From an uncultured Lachnospiraceae bacterium (lineage in GTDB: Bacteria > Bacillota > Clostridia > Oscillospirales > CAG-272), in contig CAZCJU010000003.1 in assembly GCA_964498965.1 (NCBI GenBank), positions 107-64,106 of the forward strand: a stretch of 64,000 bases of DNA. Direction: 5' to 3'. This document shows, piece by piece, positions 18,722 to 27,288 of this stretch. The position numbers and the translations under genes are program-made. The notes under the pieces were generated by a model, which was not told the DNA's origin, made no database searches, and saw only the letters and a list, made by a program, of their open reading frames with translations. Position 1 is the stretch's first letter, and the number at the start of each line of letters is the position of its first letter.

Positions 18722-20116
18722 ATGCTCGGCAAAGATTATTTCACCGATATCGCATATTTCGACGCTTGTTTTGAAGGCAGCTTTGATATCGTTCGGCGTG
18801 ATATCGAGGTATGCGGCAAAAAATTTTGCGTATATTTCACCGACGGACTTACAAAAGACGAAACTATGCTGAAGATCCTCGATTCGTTGATGAAGCTCGG
18901 CTCTTTAGATACGGTCGAATCGTCGAAGGAATTTACCGACCGTCTTATCCCGTACATCGAATGTGACATTTGTTCCGATCCCGACACGGCGATAAGCTTT
19001 GTTTTATCTGGCTGTGTTTTGCTTTTGGGCGAGGTATTGCCGACGCCTGTGCTTATAGACGCACGGACATATCCGGTACGTTCCGTCACCGAACCCGAAA
19101 ACGACCGTGTTTTGCGTGGGGCGAGAGTCGGCTTTGTCGAAACGCTTATTTTCAACACGGCATTGATACGTCGTCACATACGAGATAAAAATTTGAAAAT
19201 GAAGCTTATCTCCGTCGGCAGTATCTCAAAAACGGACGTGGTAATATGTTATCTTGCCGGCACGGCGGACGAAAAATATGTAAAATCACTCGAAAAGCGA
19301 ATAGCGGCGATAAAAACGGATTCGCTCGTCATGGGAGCGGAATCCTTGGCGGAATGCCTGATACGCAAGAAGTGGTACAATCCTTTTCCCAAAATAAGGT
19401 ACACCGAGCGGCCCGACGCACTCGCCGCTTCCGTAATGGAGGGCAGTGTCGGCGTTTTGGTAGACAATTATCCGCAGGCGATGATATTGCCTACCTGCAT
19501 TTTCGATTTTCTGCAGGAAACGGACGATTATTCTCTTCCTCCGCTTGTCGGTTCTTATCTTCGCTTCACACGGTGTTCGCTGTTTTTTCTGACAATGCTT
19601 CTTTCGCCGCTTTGGTATCTGCTCATAACTCACCCTCAATACATTCCCAAAGCTCTGCACTTCATACAAGTCGAGGAAAACGCCGGTCTGCCGATCATCG
19701 TGCAAATGCTTTTACTTGAATTTGCGGTTGACGGAATGAAGCTTGCGGCATTGAACACGCCCTCCATGCTGTCCGGCAGTTTCTCCATAATCGGCGGTCT
19801 GCTTTTGGGTGATTTTGCGGTCAAGGTCGGGTGGTTCATTCCCGAAACGATACTGTATTCCGCGTTTGTTTCTCTCGCCAATTTTTCGCAACCGTCCTAC
19901 GAACTCGGTTACGCATTCAAGTTTATGCGAATCCTGCTGCTTTTGCTCACCGCCCTTTTCGGGCTTGTCGGCTTTTGTGCGGGGATCATCCTTATCACTG
20001 TCCTCATTGCGTCAAATAAGGGTATCGACGGAAGCCGGCGTTATCTGTATCCTCTCATACCGTTCAACGGCAAGGCACTGCTCAGACTGCTTTTCCGCAT
20101 CAAAAAGGACAAATAG
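18722..20116 (+). CDS. Spore germination protein, GerA-A-subunit / SpoVAF family (orphan)
   Basis: 464 aa: a soluble N-terminal domain (FCVYFTDGLTKDE..LIDARTYPVRSV.EPE.DRVLRG) plus about 5 C-terminal TM helices, typical of GerAA/SpoVAF. No B or C subunit genes nearby. Confidence 0.8.
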   Translation: MLGKDYFTDIAYFDACFEGSFDIVRRDIEVCGKKFCVYFTDGLTKDETMLKILDSLMKLGSLDTVESSKEFTDRLIPYIECDICSDPDTAISFVLSGCVLLLGEVLPTPVLIDARTYPVRSVTEPENDRVLRGARVGFVETLIFNTALIRRHIRDKNLKMKLISVGSISKTDVVICYLAGTADEKYVKSLEKRIAAIKTDSLVMGAESLAECLIRKKWYNPFPKIRYTERPDALAASVMEGSVGVLVDNYPQAMILPTCIFDFLQETDDYSLPPLVGSYLRFTRCSLFFLTMLLSPLWYLLITHPQYIPKALHFIQVEENAGLPIIVQMLLLEFAVDGMKLAALNTPSMLSGSFSIIGGLLLGDFAVKVGWFIPETILYSAFVSLANFSQPSYELGYAFKFMRILLLLLTALFGLVGFCAGIILITVLIASNKGIDGSRRYLYPLIPFNGKALLRLLFRIKKDK

Positions 20117-20152
20117 AAGAATATTTGCGGCTTTGTCCGAATAGTCTGTAGC

Positions 20153-21037
20153 ATGATGAACATTGAAAACACCCGTGATCCGCTTTACATCGCATATCGA
20201 TATCTTCCGAAACGGCTATGCGATCCTCTGCGTCTTTTCGCACTGAAAAATCCGTCCCTGCCTCCGCTGGTTACCGAGCTTAGACTTCGCATTAACGGCT
20301 CGTTTTCTCTGAGTCTGCCCGACAAAAATCTCACCGTATCTCCTCTCGGCGACACGCAGGGCGGCGTGCTTATCTGCACAAGGGATGACATAGACGAATG
20401 CGTGCGGCTTTTATGCTCGAATTCGTATCAATCCCACGAAAGCGAGATAGAAGCCGGGTACATCTCCTCGCCCGACGGGCTACGTGCGGGTGTTGCCTGC
20501 TCCGCATCGCCCGACGGCGGTGTACATACGGTAAATTCCGTTTGCATACGCATTCCGCACGCAGTTCAAGCCGACGTTTCCCCGTTGTTTTCGGACGGAG
20601 TCCTTTCGACGCTGATATTTTCGCCGCCCGCCGAGGGCAAAACGACCGTACTGCGGCTGTGTATCTCTCATCTGTGCGAATCGGGACTTCGTGTTGCCGT
20701 TATCGACACACGGTACGAGCTGTCGGCATCGTCACCTCCTCCGCTTGCCGACTACATATGCGGAAAAAGCAGAGGAGAGGGCATCGAGATTGCCACGAGA
20801 ACGCTGAATCCGCAGGTCATTATCTGCGACGAGATAGGTTCAAAGGACGAATGCGACGCTATATTGTCCGCACAAAACACGGGCGTTCCGTTTATCGCGA
20901 CTGCTCACGGTTCATCGCTTGAGGCGATCTTACGTCGTCCGAGCATCGCTTTGCTTGCTTCGAACGGAGTTTTCGAGCGATTCGCACGGTTAAGACGAAC
21001 GGGAAACGAATTTTCGTTCGATATAGTACGTCAATGA
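20153..21037 (+). CDS. spoIIIAA: Stage III sporulation protein AA (ATPase)
   Basis: Walker A PPAEGKTTVLR, Walker B VIICDEIG, and ATAHGSS. First gene of an 8-gene operon in canonical order. Confidence 0.9.
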   Translation: MMNIENTRDPLYIAYRYLPKRLCDPLRLFALKNPSLPPLVTELRLRINGSFSLSLPDKNLTVSPLGDTQGGVLICTRDDIDECVRLLCSNSYQSHESEIEAGYISSPDGLRAGVACSASPDGGVHTVNSVCIRIPHAVQADVSPLFSDGVLSTLIFSPPAEGKTTVLRLCISHLCESGLRVAVIDTRYELSASSPPPLADYICGKSRGEGIEIATRTLNPQVIICDEIGSKDECDAILSAQNTGVPFIATAHGSSLEAILRRPSIALLASNGVFERFARLRRTGNEFSFDIVRQ

Positions 21038-21489
21038 TCGCAAAGCTGTTAGCTTCATGCATTATACTGTCGTGTGCCTATATTTACGGCAAGCATTCGG
21101 CGAATGCGGTGATAAACAAGGGGCAAAGAGGACGCGAGCTGCTTTGTGCCATGTATTTTGCACTCGGTCAGCTTGAACGGAAAATGCCGACGGACGTTAT
21201 GATCTCTCGTTTAAGTGCGACATACCCGAAGCTGTTTCACCTCGGTGAAAGCTGTGCGGATATATGCCGCCGTTTCGAACACGACGGGGAGGACGGGGCG
21301 ATATGTGCCGAATTTTTCTCATATCTCGGCAAGACGGACACAATGTCCCAAATAAAGGAATTGGAATACATAACGGAGCGAATGAAGGCACAGGTCGATG
21401 AGCTTAGCGAAAAAAGCAAGCGGGACGCACGGCTCAGGCGTCTTATACCCTTGTTTTTCGCCTCTCTCGTTCTGATCGTGCTGTTATAG
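21034..21489 (+). CDS. spoIIIAB: Stage III sporulation protein AB
   Basis: Position in the operon. N- and C-terminal TM helices flank a helical domain. 4-nt overlap with spoIIIAA. Confidence 0.8.
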   Translation: MIAKLLASCIILSCAYIYGKHSANAVINKGQRGRELLCAMYFALGQLERKMPTDVMISRLSATYPKLFHLGESCADICRRFEHDGEDGAICAEFFSYLGKTDTMSQIKELEYITERMKAQVDELSEKSKRDARLRRLIPLFFASLVLIVLL

Positions 21490-21497
21490 GTAAGAAT

Positions 21498-21692
21498 ATG
21501 GACGCTTCACTTGTTATCAAAGCTCTCGGAATAGGTATCCTCGTATCCGTCGCCTGTCAAATCCTCACCAAAAGCGGACGCGACGAGCAAGCGACGCTCG
21601 TTTCGCTGACGGGCATTATAATAATACTTTTAATGATCGTCGGTCAGCTTGAAAAGCTGATAAGCACCGTAAGGAGCGTATTCGGGATATGA
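21498..21692 (+). CDS. spoIIIAC: Stage III sporulation protein AC
   Basis: 64 aa, two TM helices, LTKSGRDEQA loop typical of SpoIIIAC. Confidence 0.9.
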   Translation: MDASLVIKALGIGILVSVACQILTKSGRDEQATLVSLTGIIIILLMIVGQLEKLISTVRSVFGI

Positions 21693-22072
21693 ATATCACC
21701 GCCTGCTGTGTCTTTTGTGTATTTGCTTGCGTTATTTTGCATTTTATAAAGCGTCTTGACGACGGGATCGCCCGTGTATTGGCCGTCGTGCTGTGCGTTT
21801 TCCTTTTCTTTTCGGTATGCATATACATCAAACAACCCATCGACTATCTTAAGCGGGTCGCACAAAGCACGTCGTTCGGGAAATACTTGCCGTACATGAT
21901 AAAATCGCTGTGCATAGGTCTTATCTGCAAAAGCTGTGAGGACATTTGCGTGAGCCTCGGCGAGGCGGGTGTCGGGGGGATCATCGAGGGAGCGGGGAAG
22001 CTTGCAATAATAATAACATGTCTGCCTCTTCTCGAAGAAATAATAAGCACCTCGAGCGGATACATAAAATGA
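21689..22072 (+). CDS. spoIIIAD: Stage III sporulation protein AD
   Basis: 127 aa, 4 TM. The D.G..GIIEGAGKLAII pattern is typical of SpoIIIAD. Overlaps spoIIIAC by 4 nt. Confidence 0.85.
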   Translation: MNITACCVFCVFACVILHFIKRLDDGIARVLAVVLCVFLFFSVCIYIKQPIDYLKRVAQSTSFGKYLPYMIKSLCIGLICKSCEDICVSLGEAGVGGIIEGAGKLAIIITCLPLLEEIISTSSGYIK

Positions 22073-23139
22073 AGAAAATAAAATACATAATAGTCATACC
22101 GTTATTAATACGGTTAATATGTTTTTTCCCTCTTCGTGCATATTCGTCGGAAGAATACCGTATCGAAACACCGAATGAGGTCAACGAACTACTCGGGAAA
22201 AGTGCCGAGGAATACGTATCGCAGGGCGGGGACATATTTTCCGTCGTAACACAAGCGATAAAGAGTGCGTTTCCCTCTCTGTTCACCTCCGTTTTTTCGC
22301 TTGTCGGAATGCTCGCTGTCGGTGCGGTTCTAAATGCGATATGCTCGCTTTCCGATTCTTCCTCACGTGTTTACACGCTTGCAAGCCGCATGTGCTGTGC
22401 CTTAATGATTTTCGACACGATAAAAAGCACTTGTCTTTGCACGAAAACGGCAATGGACACCATGGTCACGGTCATGTCGTCGTTTCTCGGCATCATGTGT
22501 GTATCCGGCGTCGGCTCGTCGCAGGTCGTTTCCGCTTCCTCTCACGCCACCGTCGTTTTAACGGTACTGCACCTCATAAGCGGTCTCTGCTCCCGTGCCG
22601 TAATGCCCGCCGTATACGCTTCCTTCGGACTTTCGCTCGCTTCTGCTCTATCCGACACTCCCGAGCTTTACGGATTTATAAACGCCTTCAAAAAACTTGC
22701 CGTCACTCTTTTATCTGCCGGCTGCGGTCTGTTTTCTTTTTGTCTTACTCTGCAAAGCGTCGCTCTCACCTCACTTGAACAGGCGATAGGCAGGGGCGTG
22801 CGTTTTGCCGCCTCGGCTTTCATACCGATAATCGGTTCGTCGCTCTCGGAGGCCACCTCATATGTTATAGAGGGCATGAAAACGATCCGTTCGCTTTCAT
22901 GTGCCTCGGCATTGCTCGTGCTTTTGCTGGTGCTTGTCGTTCCGCTGTGCATGATACTCTGTAATAAACTCTCGCTCGGCATAGCGTCGCTTTGTGCGGG
23001 GATTTTGACGCTTGACGGCGAAAGGAAGCTCATAGACGGTATAAATTCCCTGCTCACGATCCTGCTTGCCGCACTTCTTTCATGCTTTACCGTGCTTGTC
23101 GTTTCATGTGCGACATTTATGAAATTCAATTATGCGTGA
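22069..23139 (+). CDS. spoIIIAE: Stage III sporulation protein AE
   Basis: Track ORF trimmed to ATG 22069 (MKKIKYIIVIPLL), which overlaps the spoIIIAD stop (ATGA). Signal-like N-terminus followed by a polytopic membrane domain. Confidence 0.85.
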   Translation: MKKIKYIIVIPLLIRLICFFPLRAYSSEEYRIETPNEVNELLGKSAEEYVSQGGDIFSVVTQAIKSAFPSLFTSVFSLVGMLAVGAVLNAICSLSDSSSRVYTLASRMCCALMIFDTIKSTCLCTKTAMDTMVTVMSSFLGIMCVSGVGSSQVVSASSHATVVLTVLHLISGLCSRAVMPAVYASFGLSLASALSDTPELYGFINAFKKLAVTLLSAGCGLFSFCLTLQSVALTSLEQAIGRGVRFAASAFIPIIGSSLSEATSYVIEGMKTIRSLSCASALLVLLLVLVVPLCMILCNKLSLGIASLCAGILTLDGERKLIDGINSLLTILLAALLSCFTVLVVSCATFMKFNYA

Positions 23140-23596
23140 AAATCTGATCTGCCTTATTGTAATGACCTGCTGCGTGGGAGTAACGATGTTGCTTTCCCCG
23201 GAGGGAAAGCTCAAAAAATACGTTTCGCTCGCCTGTTCGCTGTGCGTGACGGCGGCACTGTTTGCGTTTTTACCGAATACCGATTTTGAACCGAGCGTCA
23301 TTTCGCCGGTCACCGTTTCGGACAATTCGGACCGCATACGCACCGAAATAATACAGCGTACCGTAGACGGAATAAGCACGGGAATAAAAAAGGACCTCAT
23401 GAATCGTTACGGATTAAAGGACGGGGAGATAACGGTGCGGTGCAACTACACGGACGGAGAGGAGATAGAGATGATCGGATATTACATAGAGCTGTGCGGT
23501 ACGGGTAATATCCTAAAGACCTCACGCATACAATATTATGTAAGCGAAAATTACGGAGCTGAATGTACGGTGGTTTACGTTGAACAGATCGAATAA
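23132..23596 (+). CDS. spoIIIAF: Stage III sporulation protein AF
   Basis: Two N-terminal TM helices (ICLIVMTCCVGVTMLLSPEGKLKKYVSLACSLCV) plus a small soluble domain. Operon position. Confidence 0.8.
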   Translation: MRENLICLIVMTCCVGVTMLLSPEGKLKKYVSLACSLCVTAALFAFLPNTDFEPSVISPVTVSDNSDRIRTEIIQRTVDGISTGIKKDLMNRYGLKDGEITVRCNYTDGEEIEMIGYYIELCGTGNILKTSRIQYYVSENYGAECTVVYVEQIE

Positions 23597-24038
23597 AGAA
23601 AAGCTCAAGGCACTTGCTTTGAAAAACAAGCTGCCTCTGTTGCTTTTGCTTTTCTCCGCACTCGGTGTCGCTCTGCTGCTTTTCGGCGGCGGCGAGGATG
23701 CGGACAAAAGCTCCGAAAGCACTGCGGAGCTTAAAAAAAGCACTGAAAGCGACATACGGAAAATGGCGGAAAAAATAAGCGGCTCGCATGCATACGTTAC
23801 CGTAAGCATCGACTGTCTTTACACCGATGAATACGCCCGAAACGAGAGCGGCGGTCTTTTGCAGGCAAACGGCAAGCCCGTGCTTGTAAAAAGCGAGCTG
23901 CCGCAGCTGAGAGGAGTTACCGTCGTATGCAAAAACGGCGACGACGCAGATATACGTTCCCGAATAACGCAAGCGGTATGCTGTGCATACGGAATAAGCT
24001 CGAACAGGGTATTCGTTTGTTCTTATTTTAACGGATAA
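23580..24038 (+). CDS. spoIIIAG: Stage III sporulation protein AG
   Basis: TTG start, N-terminal TM, and a C-terminal ring-building-motif-like segment (LPQLRGVTVVCKNGDDADIRSRITQAV..SSNRVFV). Confidence 0.8.
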   Translation: MNRSNKEKLKALALKNKLPLLLLLFSALGVALLLFGGGEDADKSSESTAELKKSTESDIRKMAEKISGSHAYVTVSIDCLYTDEYARNESGGLLQANGKPVLVKSELPQLRGVTVVCKNGDDADIRSRITQAVCCAYGISSNRVFVCSYFNG

Positions 24039-24068
24039 AACCGAAAATTTTAATGTATGGAGGTACAT

Positions 24069-24623
24069 ATGAAAATACTGAAAGCCGGCAATCCAGCAAA
24101 GGAGGGTGAAGAGAAAAAGAAGTTCGATATCAAAGGGCTTATCGAAAAAATAGGAAAGCGAAATCTGATAATAATCGGCTCGGTACTCGCCGTCGGCATT
24201 ATCGTTTACGTAAATTGGTTCCTGCTTGAGGACAACGAACCCGCCTCGTCGCAGCCGTCCGATCAGGCACAGCAAAAAGCGGACGATTATTTCACATCCT
24301 CGACTCTGAATCGCAACCGGGCGAGGGATGAGGCAATGGAGGTGCTTCAAGCCGTAGTCGATGCAGGTTCGTCCGAGGACGCTTCGAAATCGGCACTTGC
24401 CGACATTTCGAGGATCGCCGCCGACATTGAAAAGGAAGCCAATGTGGAATCGCTCGTAAAGTCAAAAGGTTTTTCCGAGTGTGTTGCGGTCATATCGGGT
24501 GACAGCATAAGCATTGTCGTTCGCTCGGAAGCGTTGCTTCCCTCGGATATAGCTCAGATCAAAGAGATCGCATATGAAAACGCCGATATTCTTCCCGAAA
24601 ACGTTGTAATAATACAAAAATAA
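24069..24623 (+). CDS. spoIIIAH: Stage III sporulation protein AH
   Basis: Start moved to ATG 24069, 5 nt after GGAGG (24059-24063). N-terminal TM followed by DYFTSSTLNRNRARDEAMEVLQ, typical of SpoIIIAH. Confidence 0.85.
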   Translation: MKILKAGNPAKEGEEKKKFDIKGLIEKIGKRNLIIIGSVLAVGIIVYVNWFLLEDNEPASSQPSDQAQQKADDYFTSSTLNRNRARDEAMEVLQAVVDAGSSEDASKSALADISRIAADIEKEANVESLVKSKGFSECVAVISGDSISIVVRSEALLPSDIAQIKEIAYENADILPENVVIIQK

Positions 24624-24658
24624 TACGAAAACAATGCGAAAATAATTTTATCAAAGCC

Positions 24659-24687
24659 TTGACAATTACCTTATATTGGTATATAAT
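24659..24687 (+). promoter_or_regulatory. Near-consensus sigma-A promoter
   Basis: TTGACA (24659-24664), 17-nt spacer, TATAAT (24682-24687). Confidence 0.6.
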
Positions 24688-24719
24688 TGATAAAATCTAT
24701 TTTGATCCGTCGAGGAATT

Positions 24720-25349
24720 ATGAAAAACAGCGGCAACAAGGTAAACATCAAAAAGGAATATTTAGCCGAGATCGACGCACAAAACGACCGCATACAGGCG
24801 ATAAGACAGCGTCTTAACGAAAAATGCGTACATGAGGATGCCGTCCCCATGCCGGAAGAACCCGACAGAGAAGTTTTTTACCGAAAAGCGAGCGATGAAG
24901 TGCGTGCGGATCGTTCCGTGTTGCTCTTCGGGGCGTTATTCGGAGCGACGGTGGGATTGATATTCGGTCTGCTCACGGCTTTTTCGGTCATTCGCTTTCC
25001 GGAAGCGTCGTTTTTGAAAGACACCGTTTTCTGTCCCGACAGCACGTTTGACAAGATAATGTCGGTGATCGTTCCCACTGTATTCTTTTCCCTGTTTTTT
25101 CTTGCATTGAGCTTGATACCGCTGTTTATAATACGCACGGAACGTCGGCTGACGCTTGAAAGATCAAGCGAAAAAATGTACAAAACGGCACTTGACAAAT
25201 ACTATTCCGAGCTTTTCAAATACAACAGGCAAAAGGAAAAGGATAAGGAGCGTTTCGTCGAATACGAGTCGCTCGTATCGAATTGCGACAAAGCCGTCGA
25301 TATAAACGAACGCTTTGCCGAGCTTATAAAAGAATATTTCGAAAAATAA
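24720..25349 (+). CDS. Hypothetical 2-TM membrane protein with coiled-coil-like flanks
   Basis: Track ORF trimmed to ATG 24720 (MKNSGNK). Two hydrophobic helices (VLLFGALFGATVGLIFGLLTAFSV and IMSVIVPTVFFSLFFLALSLIPLFII). No family recognised. Confidence 0.6.
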   Translation: MKNSGNKVNIKKEYLAEIDAQNDRIQAIRQRLNEKCVHEDAVPMPEEPDREVFYRKASDEVRADRSVLLFGALFGATVGLIFGLLTAFSVIRFPEASFLKDTVFCPDSTFDKIMSVIVPTVFFSLFFLALSLIPLFIIRTERRLTLERSSEKMYKTALDKYYSELFKYNRQKEKDKERFVEYESLVSNCDKAVDINERFAELIKEYFEK

Positions 25350-25413
25350 AATATCTCGGTTATTCGGTTCTCCCGCATGACTGAGATATTTTGTATTTTC
25401 GGATGACAAGCGA

Positions 25414-25740
25414 TCATTTTACAACAGTGAGCGATATAAGCAGCTCCGTGTCGTCGGGCTGATTTTCGATATCGACCGCCGCCCTGTTACGCTTTATCTG
25501 CCCGCATTTATCGCATTTATGTATTATGATATAGCCCTTTTTGGGATCAGGTTCGACAGCTATCGGGCGAAGTATTCCGTGGCAATCGCAGGCTCTGTCG
25601 CCGGGATCGATATCCACGTGGAGCGAGCAAAGGCACTTCGGGCAATGGTTGCGTGACGAGCTTTTCATCGGTTCGACCCGGAAACCGCAATTCAGGCAAA
25701 CAAAGCCGTTATCGTTTTTGGTGAATCTTTTATTTTGCAT
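25414..25740 (-). CDS. RNHCP domain-containing zinc-ribbon protein
   Basis: FVCLNCGFRVEPMKSSSRNHCPKCLCSLHVD..HKCDKCG contains the literal RNHCP motif and paired CxxC ribbons. Trimmed to ATG 25740 (MQNKRF). Confidence 0.75.
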   Translation of the reverse strand: MQNKRFTKNDNGFVCLNCGFRVEPMKSSSRNHCPKCLCSLHVDIDPGDRACDCHGILRPIAVEPDPKKGYIIIHKCDKCGQIKRNRAAVDIENQPDDTELLISLTVVK

Positions 25741-25800
25741 AAAATTCCGTTCCTTGCAAAGAATAGTATCGGTCGGCAAGCACCCTATATAAAAACGAAT

Positions 25801-26100
25801 ATGAAAAAAACAAACGGGATATATTACTTCTTCGGTACATTCTTCTCTTTTATCATGCTTCGACTGCTGAGCATACGATCAAGCTGTTATTTCGGCGACG
25901 TAAATCAATACAACGAGCTTTGGGGAGTGACGGACGGCACCGAAGGTGCGGCGGTGATTCAACGAAGCGTCGCACACACCGAGTCGGCTATCGGGACACC
26001 GTTTTCCTCTCTCGGCGTCATTATCATCGCACTGATCGTATTCGCCGTCGTTTTGCTTGCGGCGATAATAGGTATAATAACGAGAATGCGTCAAAAATAA
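25801..26100 (+). CDS. Hypothetical small membrane protein
   Basis: 99 aa from the internal ATG (MKKTNGIYYFFGTFFSFIMLRLL..GVIIIALIVFAVVLLAAIIGIITRMRQK). No clear RBS, so this is uncertain. Confidence 0.35.
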   Translation: MKKTNGIYYFFGTFFSFIMLRLLSIRSSCYFGDVNQYNELWGVTDGTEGAAVIQRSVAHTESAIGTPFSSLGVIIIALIVFAVVLLAAIIGIITRMRQK

Positions 26101-26125
26101 CGCATACCGGCGTATATCGCATATA

Positions 26126-27274
26126 TCAGCTTTCGCTTTGACCGAGAGAGAACAATTCGCTGTTCATAAGCGACACGGAGGAAAAATCGACGGAGGAATA
26201 CGCTTCGTTATCCGTATTTACGAGCGACAGGTACGAATCAAGCTTTTCGTTCTGTTTTTTCTCCCGAACCGTATCCGACAAGCCGTCGAAAAAGTTTTGG
26301 TTTATCTCTTTTTCGTATGCGTAGTCCTCCAGCTCGTATTTTTTGATTATATGCAAGCCCATCGAGCTTTCCGCAAGGCGTACCTCGCCGGGCTTCATTT
26401 CAAGCACCGCATTCAAAAACGATTCCTCGTAGGTGTCCTCACTCGTGATATACAAGCCGTCCGTATAATACGTCATACTCTCGTCTTCATTGTATTCTTC
26501 GAGCAATGTTTCGAAATTCTCGCCGTCTGTCACTCGCTTCAACAGCTGTTCTCCGAGAGTTCTTTTTTCGGCTTTTTCTTCTTCGGTCAGTTCTTCCGTT
26601 CTGTAATAGCCCGTTGACGGATTCATTACCTTTTCTCCGTCGCTGTCAAGCACATATTTCTCGTTCAGATCGAGGTATATGTGCTTGACTCTGTTATAAT
26701 TTTCTTTATAGTACGCTTGAAGCTCTTCCTCGGTGACTTTTTCCTTACCATCGTCGCCGTACAGATACTCAAGCACCAAGGCACGTCTGAATTCCGATTT
26801 ATAAATGGATGACAAGCTGTTTATATTAAGTCCGTACACGCCGAGAGCGGAATTCAATGAGTTTCTCGACCCCATTTGCTTGGCGTTTTCGTCGATCTTT
26901 TCCTTTACCGCATTTTCGATTTGCTTGTCGTTGTCGTCGATCGAGCCTAAGCCGTAATCGTCATACAGCTTTTGACAGACGAGAAGCTGCTTCAGGCTGC
27001 TGTCGACCTGTGCGACGGTAAGCTCTCCGAGCGTTTCACCGTCCGACGAGGTGAGCCAAAATTTCTCGTCGTAATTATCTCCGTCCACATAGCCCGCCGA
27101 CGAAAACATCTCGAAAAAGCTCGTTTTGTAATATGATATCCAATATTTATACTCGTTATCCGATATACTGTATTCGCCCAACGTAAACACGGGCGTGCTT
27201 TTCGGCGACGTACAGGAGGCAAGCGTGCCTGCGAGCATCGTTACAAAAAGCGTCAAGCATATTATTTTTTTCAT
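26126..27274 (-). CDS. PrsA/SurA-like lipoprotein with degenerate parvulin domain (paralog 1)
   Basis: Trimmed to ATG 27274 (MKKIICLTLFVTMLAGTLASC, lipobox LASC). The C-terminal VKHIYLD...ENFETLLEEYNED...SSMGLHIIKKYEL follows the parvulin pattern. Confidence 0.7.
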   Translation of the reverse strand: MKKIICLTLFVTMLAGTLASCTSPKSTPVFTLGEYSISDNEYKYWISYYKTSFFEMFSSAGYVDGDNYDEKFWLTSSDGETLGELTVAQVDSSLKQLLVCQKLYDDYGLGSIDDNDKQIENAVKEKIDENAKQMGSRNSLNSALGVYGLNINSLSSIYKSEFRRALVLEYLYGDDGKEKVTEEELQAYYKENYNRVKHIYLDLNEKYVLDSDGEKVMNPSTGYYRTEELTEEEKAEKRTLGEQLLKRVTDGENFETLLEEYNEDESMTYYTDGLYITSEDTYEESFLNAVLEMKPGEVRLAESSMGLHIIKKYELEDYAYEKEINQNFFDGLSDTVREKKQNEKLDSYLSLVNTDNEAYSSVDFSSVSLMNSELFSLGQSES

Positions 27275-27288
27275 TTCAGCCCCCAAGC

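Noticed and set aside
25349-25391. Bidirectional terminator between the 2-TM gene and the RNHCP gene (AAATATCTC...GAGATATTT)
   Set aside because: The stem is AT-rich and encloses a 25-nt loop with little internal pairing. It is too weak to list as a feature.
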